Of a stretch of 46,818 nucleotides of DNA, positions 35,163 through 46,818 are shown piece after piece (positions within the stretch are counted from its first letter, which is position 1; every line of letters starts with the position of its first letter). Made by a program: the position numbers and the translations under genes. The stretch is from Selaginella moellendorffii (lineage: Eukaryota > Plantae > Lycopodiophyta): assembly GCF_000143415.4 (NCBI RefSeq), contig NW_003314278.1, positions 1,213,453-1,260,270 of the forward strand. Reading direction: 5' to 3'. The notes beneath the pieces were generated by a model. The model was not told where the DNA came from, did no database searches, and worked only from the letters and a program-made list of their open reading frames with translations.

Positions 35163-35990
35163 TTGGAAGAGGAAACAGAGCTCTGGGAAATGGGGCCGAT
35201 CGAGCTGGATCTGGGCCTGCTCGTGCTCTATCTTCACCAACAGGAGGAGGAAGAGGTGCCCATGGAGGGAGAGGTGGCCATGGAGTGGGAGGAGGGCGCG
35301 GGGTGGCCGGGGTTGGCCGGGGTTGGCCGCGGATCTCTGAATCTGGCCCCGGGAGGATTAGGCCATGGTTCTGAGGCGGCTCGAGGAGGGGGTGCCCCGG
35401 GAGGAGGAGGCCATGGTTCTACTCTAGGAGGAGGACGCCGCGGTTCTTCTCCGGGAGGAGGAGGCCATGGATCATCGCCAGGAGGAGGCCAAGACTCGGT
35501 GGGAGGAGCCGAAGCCACAGCGGGAGGAGTCCAAGCCGCGCCCGGAGGAGCCCAAGCCACGTCCGGAGGAGTTCCCCTGGAGCACAGCGTGCCGGGAGCT
35601 CCAACTGCTTTGAGAACCAGAGATGGCTTTGAGTTTACATTTCTTAGGTTGCATGCATGCATGAGTGATTGAGAGCTCCCGGCGGGGTCATGAAGAAGAG
35701 GGAGATGACAGCATCCCCGATCTGGAACAAGACCCGGATGCTCACATGGAGGAGCTCGACGACGAGGCTGTCCAGTTTGTGGATACCTTGGGTTTTGCTG
35801 CACCTGCTGCTGCGAAGAGAACCCGGGGAAAGAACTGGAACCATGCTGAGACCATGCTCCTGATTGATCTCGTTCGGGAAAAACATCTCGCGAAGATTGC
35901 GGGGGAGGGAGGAGCAGCCAGCATGTTCTCATGACGAAGACACAGCGCTGGAATCTCATCTTTCACCCTTTTGCTTTAGGGTTTAAATGC
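35163..35990 (+). mobile_element. Harbinger-associated Myb/SANT gene, degenerate, copy B
   Basis: Gly-rich ORF 35163-35672 followed by RGKNWNHAETMLLIDL and MTKTQRWNLI. Confidence 0.72.
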
Positions 35991-36099
35991 ACATTGCGGA
36001 TGACAAGAGCCCCGCTGCCTGAGGAAGAAGACCGTGAACTTGAGGTTCGTCGGGCTGTGATTGGGAGGAGGTTTTGCATCGGCCTGTGGTGGGTGAAGC

Positions 36100-37241
36100 C
36101 TCGAAATGTCACCACCTGGAGTAAGTTTTCTTTGGAGTATTACGATGTGGGGAGGTGGAAGAGGAAACTTCAGATGGAGAAGAGGACCTTCTTCACCATT
36201 TGTGGCATGCTGGAGAGCGAGATCCGGAAGCAAGATACCGGTTGGAGGAGTGTGTTGCCGGTGGATGTTCGACTGGGGGTGACTTTGTACAAGCTTTTCA
36301 AGAACACAGATTACTTGGATCTGGTGGACAAGTTCAGCATCGGGGAGTCCACAGCTCATGAACACTACTGTGGTGATTGTCAAGTGTCTCAGGTACAGGA
36401 TTCATTTTCCTTCAACCGCCAAGGAGGTTCGAGCTGTTGTTGCTGGCTTTCGACAAGTGACAGGTACATTTTCTTATGTTTTTTGGATTGTTATAAGTTT
36501 TCATGAGCAATAGGAACCCGACTGCCTAATGTTGCTGGAGCGATCGACTGTACTCCGAGATCATCCGACCTACTAGACTGGACGGCGAGAGCTACTACGA
36601 TCGGAAGCAGCGGTACTCGGTCATCTTGCAAGGGGTTTGTGATGCCCAGAAGAGGTTTCCTCAGTGTCTACGCTGGGTGGCCAGGTATGTTTCTTTGTGT
36701 GTTGTGGATGGTTCTAAAATGTTTTTTTTTGCTTTCAGGACGCGTCCACGACATGAGGGTTTTTCGTAATTCAGCCCTCAGGAACAAGATTGTAGCAAGG
36801 GAGCTGCTGACATCGCCCGCGGTGTTAGCATATGATGATAGGATCAAGCCATACCTAGTGGGGGACAAAGGGTACCAACTCCAGCAGCATCTGATGATTC
36901 CACACACAAGTAAGTCTTCTTCATTCTTTCTTTTGTTCACTTGTTTTGGTTGTTGCTCAGCTCTGAACCCGACACCATCCAAGGCAGCTTTCAACCTTCA
37001 TCACCACCTTGCTTGGATTGTTATTGAGCAAGCATTTGGACTTCTTAAAATGAAGTTCAGATGCTTGGATAAAAAACAAAGGATCCAGCCAAAGTACCTT
37101 CCCAACATCATCAAGAGTTGTTGCATCTTGCAAAATTTCTTGATTGATGTTGGGGAGACTGATCTTCAGGCGGAGATCCAAGCTTGGAGGAAAGAGGTGA
37201 AAAGGCTCAAGGACCAGGTACCTCTTTGTCGATTACGGTGA
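36100..37241 (+). mobile_element. PIF/Harbinger DDE transposase (HARBI1-like) pseudogene, copy B
   Basis: PNVAGAIDCT, GRVHDMRVF, LVGDKGY, IEQAFGLLK.KFRCL, CCILQNF. Short introns; frameshift near 36360. Confidence 0.9.
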
Positions 37242-38029
37242 TCCCGAGCAAGCAGAAGGGGAACCTCGTGAGGAGTTGCACAGTCCAGAGGATGCAAAAG
37301 AGGTTAGAGAGAACCTCACGTTTTCCCTGTGTCTTTGCCAGTGGCGTTCGTGTTTGCTTTGAAATTTGCTATGTGTGAACCCAACTTTCTTAATTTTTAA
37401 AGTGGGTCTCTTAAGTTTTTTTTCACTAAATAAATGTGCGAATTGGTCCTTTCTCAACATAAAAGATAATGTTTTGCCAAGCTTACCAACCTTGATTGCC
37501 AATGATGTCTTTGGCTGTGGTATCTATAACCATACAGCTAGGGCCAAAGTTACACCACCAATGGCCCATAGCAAGCACAGCCATGGTGGCACAAGGTCTT
37601 GGCCATGGCTAGCACTACCTTGGCTGGCCTTAGCCGTGGCGAGCTACCTCAAAAACTCCTCTACACCATCACTCTTAAGTTCCTCACCCTTGAGCCTCCC
37701 TTTGACCGATGTTGACCATGTGGTCAAAGCTAGCGCCTAACAAATTGCCACACTTTGTTGTAATATATCCCCAACATTAGCACTCAAAACATTGAGGTCT
37801 TCTACCATACCCCCCAAACACAAGCATGCTTACTATAGTAATTTCCATGATCATTATAACCACCTAAAGTAATTGCCATTTGCTCTTCAAATGCTTCTCT
37901 AGGTTGAGATAAGCCATCCATATGTTCATCTTTTCCATTTCTTCTCGATAAATTATGTTCTCCAATGCCCTATAAAAAAGGATTGTAACACCTAAAGAAA
38001 AATAGAATCAAATGCGAGTAGAGTGTTAC

Positions 38030-40540
38030 CTTTCAGCCACTGCTCGCACCTTGTCCAGGTCCGCAAGACACTATCAATAAGCCATGCATTTGATTCACAT
38101 GTAGCTACTATTTGGTGACGCTGCTACAAGCCTTTCAAAGTCGTCCTTGGTCTCTGGAGGCTGGTCCTTCTGTAATAACTTCTCTTTTGCTGCAGCCTCC
38201 CTGTTGAGAAGCAGGACATGAGAAGAGTAAATATAAACAAGAAGTAACTCTGCTCTTTCAAGTCAATTGGCACTGTATCCTCAACGTCTTTGTTGAGAGT
38301 GGATCCACATGCATAGCTGTGGGAATCGTTTTGATGCCAGATCCAAGTAGTCCTCCTCCTCCCTCTCATCATTATCCATGAGCACATTTGTGTTCGAAGG
38401 CTCTTCATTTATAGCTTCTTCCTCCATCGGCTCGATTTCCTCAGGGGTCAGATATGACACTTTCATTCCAAGAGATATACGTTTGGTTTCCGCATCAACC
38501 TGTAGAGGGAAATCATAACCCTGTGGTTTTACTAAAGCTTTCGTTCTCACCTTTAGAATCTTTACTTGAACCCATTGGCCGACTTTGTAAAGTGTTGACA
38601 AGTCTTGAATAAAATCGTAAGACACTTCAGAGACATGACACAAGCAACCTGGAGCACAGACTAAGAACTTGAAACCAAGATAGAGAGAGAGCTTGCCACA
38701 TCGCTCTTGGCAAGGCTGATGAAGATCCCAAATGCTTCAATGTTGTGTATGCGGCCACTAACGATCTCTCCAGCACCAAACTTCTTCCAGCCACTTGAAT
38801 CTTGTGATGTTGTTGCCGTCAAAGACATTTCAATGTGCCCAGACAATGGCTCGATGCTTAAAATTCTGACAAAGAAGAAGATATCAGCAAACACTTCCAT
38901 ACGGAGAAAAGTTTATACCTTCCTGATATCACCTTGCCTGATGGAAACATTTCTGCAGGGTTTTGTACAAACGAGTTCGATAGGTTCTTCAGTTGAATTC
39001 TAGCTTCAAGTGAAGGTGCCAGGACCACAAAACAACCTTTCTCCGTCACATTCTTGACAAAACCCTGCAACACAAAAACAAGTCACGTCCACAGCATGCA
39101 AGGTTTCTGCTTACTTGCACTTCATATCTTGCTTAAGTTCCAACACGGAATTGACAATACGAGCATTGGATGCAGAGTCAAAAAAATTTAATGCAAATCT
39201 CGGAAGTTACCTTTCAAGTGTTTGATAGCTTGGAAGGGACTCAAAACCACCACGTCCACCAACTTACTGAAAGTTCCAAGCCCATCTTTCCCCTCCCTGG
39301 TCGTTTTAAATCCAAGACCTTACGAACTGTCCCTCTGTAAATAAACTGGCTGGGTCATCAATCCATGTATCGTTACATGAACTTTTCCGAAACTTTCTCA
39401 TCTGCCTTGCACAGTATGTCCGCCAACACCAGCAAAAACTCGTGTGATTCGTCGGCCTAACAGGTCGCCTTTCTTGAATTGTTTGTCACTTGTTTTCGGG
39501 TGTAGAGACAAATCCACTTGCTTCCTTTCGTGGTTAACACTTCTTATATGGCACTGGAACGGGTCACCGACTTTGAAGCGCTCTTTAAAACGTTCAAGCT
39601 CCGAGGGATCGTCAGACGTGTCCAGTATAAAAAGGCAGCCTTTAAGATGGGGTGAGAGGACTAGCCATGTCCAGTTGTCCTTTACTTCTTGAACGTATCT
39701 GATAACCGACTGTTCAATGGTTACGGTCTCAAAAGTAATCACTGAGCATGCAGCATCGTTTCCTGCAAGTCATGATAAGTAAGTTAATTCAAAGGGACAC
39801 CATACAGACCTGCAAGCTCAGATGGACGTAGAGATAAATCCAAAGTGGCAGCATTTCTGTGCTTTCTGCTGGTTTTGCGTTTTGAAAGGATTTTAGCTCG
39901 AACAGTCTGCCCAACACTGTATTTTCTCAATGGGTTCCCTTCTTCATAATGATCAAGACATTTGAGGAGTTAAAAGACAGACTGGAAAACAGAAACGAAC
40001 CTCTGTAATGTGCACATTCCCACGCAAGGAGCAGTGGCTGTCCATGGGACATGGCTTGTCTGCCAGTCCTAGAACTATTGAGTGTTGCAGCCTCCATGAG
40101 GCGATTTCTTGGGTGATTTGTGACCTGTGCAGTATGAGAAAGAAGTGACGATTCACACAAGAATTCTAGAAACATGGAACTCAATCTTGGAAATGTGATC
40201 ATGAGCATAGCAGGAAGTTTTGAGCAAGAGGACCTTGGTCTCTTGGAATGCAATGATCACTGCAAATGCCTAGAATGGGTGTCTTTTGAAAGTGCTTAAG
40301 CTGTTGGATTTCATTCCGGCACCTTTTGTGAATGCATTGATCACCACCCATGGCAGATCAAGGATCCTAGCTCAAGCAAGAAACATGTTTGATCAAATCT
40401 TGTGCAAAACTGTGAGCTCCTGATCACCCATAATCTAGCTGTAAGCCCAGTAAGGACAATCCAGCAAAACCTGATTAAATCTTTGCAGAACTTACCTTTA
40501 TCAGTGTCTTAGCCACGCCAGCCTAACAAGCAAGATCCAG
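38030..40540 (-). pseudogene. RRP5: RRP5 internal fragment, copy 2
   Basis: Direct paralogue of 17575-20080. It adds the S1 motif GEIVSGRIHNIEAFGIFISL, which is hidden by the gap or deleted in copy 1. Confidence 0.82.
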
Positions 40541-41160
40541 GAGAACTTTTGTATCAATCACTACAGCCACTTGATTATATTGTTGCCCATTGCATGGAGA
40601 AGAAGCTCAAACTTCTTCTATCACTGTGATACTCTACTATGAGGAGCAAGTAAAAAGTTCCTTGTTTTCTGTTTATGGACATGCTACACATCCAAAAAAA
40701 GTGAACTTTTTGACTAGTAATAATGTTCTTAAAGGAAAGTTTGCAAGATTTTAGTATTGCAATAGTGTAACTCTCCACCTAGCAACTCTTATTTTCCTCT
40801 AGTGCCCAACTCCTCTAGTGGCTGCTACTTTCCTCCAATGCAACATATCTCCTCCCTCCAACACTCTTCCTGTAGCAACTCTCCTCCATGTCCTCTAGTG
40901 CTCCTCTTGCACCAACTCTCTTCCACATTGTACTTTTGCCAGTCCTACTCTTGGATTTTTCAGTTTTTTTTTAATTTTCATCAAATTATTCTTTCTCACC
41001 CTTTAGCTTCTCCAAAACCCCTTGTGCATTGAGTCTCCTCCAGCTCCTCCAGCACTCCTCCTATAGCAGCTCTCCAGCTCCTCCAGCACTTCTCCTGCAA
41101 CAGCTCCCTCTAGCACTCCTCCTACAACAGCTCTCCTCTAGCTCCTCTAGTAGATGGCTA

Positions 41161-42870
41161 TGGGGGTGGTTGGGTTCAAGAGGAGGTGTAGTTTAGTCTA
41201 GAAAGACTAGATTGTTGATTTTTTGTGCTAGGTCATAACATTGGTATTAGAGGTGTTGGTTGTGATGGCCAACTAAATTGAACGCTGAAATCCTATTGTC
41301 GATGGTGGTGTTAATGATGGTGCTGATGGAGCTGTGAAGGTTTGGACCATGGAAGATGTTATTCACAAGCTGCGAGCCCTTAAAAAAAATCAGCAAGAGA
41401 TGCAAAACAAGATGTATGGCATGATGAGTACCTTGCGTGAGCGTGTTGAGGCACTTGGGGCTGGTTGTGGTGGCACTCCAAGTAAACCTTCCTTGGTGGA
41501 TCGACTTAAGATTCTAACGTTTTTCGGTGATGGTGGTGTGGATGAGTGTCTAGCTTGGCTAGCCAATGTGAAGAAGTTCTTAATTGTTAGAAGAATTCCG
41601 GATGCAAAGGCTTTAGTGGCTATTCCAATAGTTTTGTGTGATGTAGGTTTTCGATAGTGGAATTGGCTTGAGGAGTCTTGTGCTGCGGATAAAAAACCAT
41701 TAGTGTCTATGATGGATGCGTTTGAGGCTGCTTTCCATTTACGTTTTGCCCTTCACTATGACATGGAGAATGTTTACACCAAACTTTGACATTTTCAGCA
41801 AGGGAAAATGAAGCTTGGGGACTATATTGAGAAGTTGACTCACTTGATTAGCCGTATTCTAACGAAGGATCCAGATTAGAACAAGTCTTACTTCATTGAT
41901 GGCCTTCATAGTGAGAGCATGTGGCAACACTTGCATCATTTTTAGTCTATAAAGAGTTTGGAGGAGCTCTTTGATGCTACTCGTCGACTTGACAATGACA
42001 AGTATAAGTCTCACAAGCGTTCGAGGAGTCCTTTTATTGAGAATCGTCGTGATGATCATTGTGGACACAAGGATGGGAATAAACATCACAAGCTGAAGTC
42101 TATAGTGGCTACTTCGGGTACACAGGGGTCAAAGAAGTAGAAATTCTTTGTAAAAAATTATAGACAAAGTTGTCATCATTGTGGCAAGCTGGGACACTAC
42201 AAGGTTGATTGTCCACAATGAAGAGCAAACAACATAACAACAAGAATGGCCAATCTTCTACTAATGGTAAATTAGATATTAAAAAGTTGCAAACTTTGCA
42301 ATGCAAGGATGACGAGGATGACCATTCTGGTTGAAGGAAGAGGCTTTTGATTGTTACTCATCAACTTAACTGTGTGTGGAATAAAATGAAGGTCAATGAC
42401 ACTCATGCATCAGCTTTAATGCTAAAGGATATATTTTGTGGCGATCTAATGTGGATTTTACTGAACAGTGGGAGCGATAACAACTTTGTTTCCACAAAGT
42501 TTATTGAGGAGCATGGCTTGGTGACACTAGGAGTTTTTCCATACACGGTGGAAGGTGCAGTTACCTCTACTCAACTTTTCAATACTTGTGTAGAAAGCCT
42601 AAAAATGTTGGTTGGCAAAACCACACTTGTGGAGACTTTTTATCTCACGGATATTCATTGTGTGGATCTTATTCTTGGGATGCCATGTTTGGTGAAGGTG
42701 GATCCGGAGATAAAGTGAAATATTAAACATATCTTGTTGGAGTACGGTGGCATTAAAGATGTGTGGTTTGGAGAGGGAGTTCAACCTCTAGTTGTTATGC
42801 TTTCTGCTACATATTTGAAGTAGGCTTGTCATAATGGAAAAGCATTTTTGAGTTACTTATTGTTTGTTCG
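41161..42870 (+). mobile_element. Ty3/Gypsy LTR 3' half, PBS (TGGTATTAGAG 41242-41252), gag, zinc knuckle and protease remnant
   Basis: ...CATAACA-T-TGGTATTAGAG; gag-like ORFs; CHHCGKLGHYKVDC knuckle near 42170-42215; ILLNSGSDNNF...DLILGMP degenerate aspartic protease. Confidence 0.85.
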
Positions 42871-42971
42871 TGACATATGTTATCAAATATATTATCTAGC
42901 ATAGCAATCAGGGATGCTTAACATCCCAAACAATTCTCCCAATTGGAAATAAGAAATATCACAAATGCCAC

Positions 42972-43629
42972 GTGGCCAAGTATCATGGAGAGTTACCCGC
43001 AATGGAGGCATTCACGGCAGAAAGACTCAACATTTGGAAGCTAGTGAGGGATTCCTTGGAACGGGCGCAACAAAGGCAAACCAAGTACGCGAACCAAAAG
43101 TGCTGGGACGTAGAGTTCCAAGCTGGGGAGAAGGTGTGGCTGAACACCAAGAACCTCAAGCTACCAAGTGGGATCAGCTGGAAGTTGACCCAAAGGTAAA
43201 AATGCATGTATTCCTGTAAATGAATTGATCTTAAGTTCCTTAAGCAGGTTCGCAGGGCCTTACGAGATTGAGGCTCGAATTGGTAAAGTGGCTTACCGTC
43301 TCCGACTTCCTCGAGAGATGGGGAAGATGCATCCCGCGTTCCACGTGAACTTACTCAAGCCGTATTTTGAGGATCCACTTCGCAAGGACCAAGTAAGGCC
43401 TTTACCTGAGGTTATCCAAGGGGAAGAGGAATACGAAGTCGAGGCCATCCTCAATGAGCGTAAGAGCAAGCGACAAGGACGCGAGGTGAGAGAGTTCCAT
43501 ATGAAGTGGAAAGGATTTCCACACTGCGAAGCAACATGGGAACCGGAGGAGAACCTAGCGAACACGCGAGATCTAGTGGAGGAATTTCTGCAAGGCAGAA
43601 CTCTATGTACTTATGCAAAGTTCAATTAA
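42972..43629 (+). mobile_element. Chromoviral integrase C-terminus (GPY/F region) plus chromodomain, split by a 52-nt GT-AG intron
   Basis: LERAQQRQTKYAN...EFQAGEKVWL...KLTQR / FAGPYEI...AYRLRLP...HPAFHVNLLKP; chromodomain EYEVEAIL...KWKGFP..EATWEPEENL. Confidence 0.88.
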
Positions 43630-44109
43630 AAGTATCAATTTGAGAAGTTGAGCAATGGCATATGTTGGGACCCGAAGGTGTGCCGAAGGGAAGCTAATTA
43701 GCATGGGTTAGCTAGGTCAACCAGGCGTAGGGAGCTATGCCCGACTCCCTACGGGTATGTCGAATTCATAGACGTATTCTATGGAGGTTGGGTTCGAGTC
43801 CCAACCCCCTAGTAAAGCAAGGCTGGGTTCAAGTCCCGACCCCATACTAGGGCGTGGTGAGGTGAGGAGTATAGGGACACCTATATTCCGTTGTCATGGG
43901 CTCTTGGCCGGGGAGGCTAACTTAGGCACATCGCTAAGTGGGGGGATGCCCCCGGAGACATGGTCAACAAGTTGTAGGATAAAAAAGAGACATTCGATGT
44001 GGGCATCGAACTTCTTCTATGGGTGGTGGAGTTGTAAGGAACAAACTCACCGAGGTGTCTTAGGCTAAAGGAGCCCCAAAAGCATGACCAAAATGATAAA
44101 GAGTTCATC

Positions 44110-44392
44110 GGATGAGACCAAGTCTAAGATCGAGTCCAAGACCAACTCTAAGACCGAGTTCGAGATAGAGTCCGGAATTGAGTCCGAGACTGACTCGGAG
44201 ACAGAGTTCGAGACCGAATTCGAGACGGAGTCTGAGATCCGAAATCAGGTCTGAGACCGAGTCCGAGGTCGAGTCCGAGGTCAGGTCCGAGATCGAGTCT
44301 GAGATCGAGTTCGAGATCGAGTCCGAGACCGAATTCGAAGTCAGATCCGAGATTGAGTCCGAGATCGAGCCAGAGACTAAGTCCGAGTACTA
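44110..44392 (+). repeat. Degenerate 12-bp tandem repeat (TCCGAGATCGAG-like)
   Basis: About 20 imperfect units seen directly. Confidence 0.85.
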
Positions 44393-44599
44393 ATACGGGT
44401 CAAGGGGTGAAAGCCCAAAGCGTGCGTCTCCCCGGGGGGGGGGGGGGGGCCCTTTAGGGGGTTCCCAAGGTATAGTAGGGATAGGGGGGTCCAAAAATCA
44501 GTTTTGAAGGAACTCTCCAGGGGGGCTTCCAAACTGACTTGGGGTTGGGACTAGGACCAAGGGGCCTTGGGTGGGAATGAGCATGGACTTGGTTGGGGC

Positions 44600-45081
44600 N
44601 NNNNNNNNNNNNNNNNNNNNNNNNNNNNNNNNNNNNNNNNNNNNNNNNNNNNNNNNNNNNNNNNNNNNNNNNNNNNNNNNNNNNNNNNNNNNNNNNNNNN
44701 NNNNNNNNNNNNNNNNNNNNNNNNNNNNNNNNNNNNNNNNNNNNNNNNNNNNNNNNNNNNNNNNNNNNNNNNNNNNNNNNNNNNNNNNNNNNNNNNNNNN
44801 NNNNNNNNNNNNNNNNNNNNNNNNNNNNNNNNNNNNNNNNNNNNNNNNNNNNNNNNNNNNNNNNNNNNNNNNNNNNNNNNNNNNNNNNNNNNNNNNNNNN
44901 NNNNNNNNNNNNNNNNNNNNNNNNNNNNNNNNNNNNNNNNNNNNNNNNNNNNNNNNNNNNNNNNNNNNNNNNNNNNNNNNNNNNNNNNNNNNNNNNNNNN
45001 NNNNNNNNNNNNNNNNNNNNNNNNNNNNNNNNNNNNNNNNNNNNNNNNNNNNNNNNNNNNNNNNNNNNNNNNNNNNNNNNN
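44600..45081. other. Assembly gap (482 N)
   Basis: Run of N. Confidence 1.
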
Positions 45082-46818
45082 AGGTACCCATACCGGCCCG
45101 TTAGGCCACGGTTTGTCGCCCCGGCGTTCCGAAGCAAGTGTTGCACCCGAGACTTAGGATTTAGAGGGTCCCATAATCAAGTCTTGTGCTACCAAGGGAA
45201 GTTAGGAGCCTGGAAGTTTGGTGTGCTTGTCTGTTTGTACTTGTGGGGAGTGTAGCCGAACCTTAAGTCCAGTCTAGCCCGGGGAGGGGGATTGGGAGAG
45301 ATTTGGGAATCCATGGATGGATGGCTAACACTCCGTTGCTCGTGTAGTGAGTAGCTAAAACCAAGTAGGACCAAGTAGGAGCTGGTACCATAGGCGGGAA
45401 CCTTGGTAAGGGAACTTAGCAAAAGCCAAGGCAGTGTTAGACGGGATAAACGAGGTAAGCTGGCAAATTAGAAAGGAAAAAAATTGTGGCTTACAGTCTT
45501 AAGGAAAATAATGAGAGAGCCATGCCATAAGGAAAATTTCCAATACCAAATTGTTTGTGACTAATTTTTCCATTCTATTTTAGTCACTTAACCACACTTT
45601 CGATCACTGTGGAAAAGTCTCATTCACAACCTCCATAAGTCCAATTTAGGATCTAGGGCTTGCTAACCCCGAGAATGGCATTCATACCACTCAACCTTTG
45701 CACTTGGTCCAACATGTCTTATCCCATGACCAACACCCCAAAGTACCATTGACATATCAGCATGTTATACTAAAGCCATGCCCATTCACCTTGGTCACAC
45801 CAGTGGTCTAACACCACCTACATCACAATCCCATCTCTCAAAGACTAGGCCGTCCATCCGTGAGTGATCATTTTAAATCCACTCCTTAGCATTCTTAGGA
45901 TGCCCGCAGATATAAGAAATAGCCTTCCCCAATATCCTTTTTTCGGTCCCCACCAAGTCCCTTTCTATCCATAGCCGTGTTCACTAATATTGCCACTGGA
46001 TCAAGGCCCATAAGCAAGATGTACTCACTAAACAAGGTAAGTATATTTGGTATGTATAAGGATTGAAGAAGATTTACTAGTAAATGGTTGCTCTTGCAAG
46101 TATAGAAGAAGATCTAGATGCTGAGACCTTTATTGACAATATTTCCAAGAAAATCAAGAACCTTGAGAAAATTTTTAAGAGTAGAAACAATAAGAATAAA
46201 TGACTCTTTTGATGATAAGGAAGAATGCAAACTCGAAGTCATAAAGAAAGACAAAAATCAAGAACTTACCAAAATACTATAAAAAGTTACAATCAAGAAC
46301 AAACTTAAAAAACGAGTATGGTGTATAAAATACAAGAACAAAGGACACATCTTAACAATGTAAACTACTGATTCCTAAGTGTCAGATCTGTGAGAAAGAA
46401 GGATATATAGCAAATATTTGTCAATGCAAAGGAGCAACTAAAATCACACGAGTCAAGAATATATCTTGAACTTCTACACCAACTAAAAGACATTACAATC
46501 AACCAGACAAGAACCACAGTAATGGTCACTGAACTACTAGAATCAAGGTACATATAATCCTAACCATAGATACCATTGACAATACAACAATGGCAACCAA
46601 GACAATCAGTATCAACGACCATACCAACAGGCTTATCAACAGCCTTATCGAGACAACCAACAATGGAGACCACCACCCCGGCAAAACAATTATCAACAAC
46701 AGTACCACAATAATTGACAATGGAGATCACCCCTACAACAACTAAACTATCAACAACAAAATCAACAATATGATCCACCACCCAGATATTTCTTTGCAAC
46801 AACTATCAATAGCAACCT

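Larger units (their letters stand above)
30302..42141 (+). repeat. Right arm of the ~12-kb inverted duplication, with nested inversion 37642-41160
   Basis: Starts near gctgtgacattg, which matches the reverse complement ending at 28345. Homology ends at aaagaagtaga near 42141. Confidence 0.88.

Noticed and set aside
44178-44393. Ser/Glu-rich 71-aa ORF
   Set aside because: It is a by-product of the 12-bp tandem repeat.
44454-45255. Long ORFs spanning the N gap (also 17831-18525)
   Set aside because: These are artefacts of translating through N.
46365-46818. Hydrophobic minus-strand ORFs resembling membrane proteins
   Set aside because: They are the antisense of a CAA/AAC-rich low-complexity tract, probably a decayed retroelement gag region.

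Overview
Eukaryotic, land-plant nuclear DNA with two N gaps. The very short GT-AG introns and DYW:WW-type PPR genes suggest a lycophyte such as Selaginella; this assignment is inference. The window is repeat-rich and heavily rearranged around three paralogous PLS-class PPR-E-DYW genes: 5883-9587 (+, open), 30455-33814 (+, open) and about 24846-28205 (-, broken). Each starts with a ~50-aa OSB-type 'PDF' motif, known as an organellar ssDNA-binding motif. Each then carries 5-6 almost identical 333-bp P-longL-S triplets in which dimorphic blocks holding the PPR-code residues are shuffled TALE-like, so the three copies predict different targets. Copies 2 and 3 sit head-to-head in a ~12-kb-arm inverted duplication (16219-28345 vs 30302-42141), whose right arm contains a nested 3.5-kb inversion that splits an LTR. 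The rest consists of Ty3/Gypsy, LINE and PIF/Harbinger remnants plus host-gene fragments (PCC13-62 desiccation protein, monoacylglycerol-lipase-like hydrolase, GH29 alpha-fucosidase, RRP5). One chromoviral integrase is interrupted by a frame-restoring 52-nt GT-AG intron.
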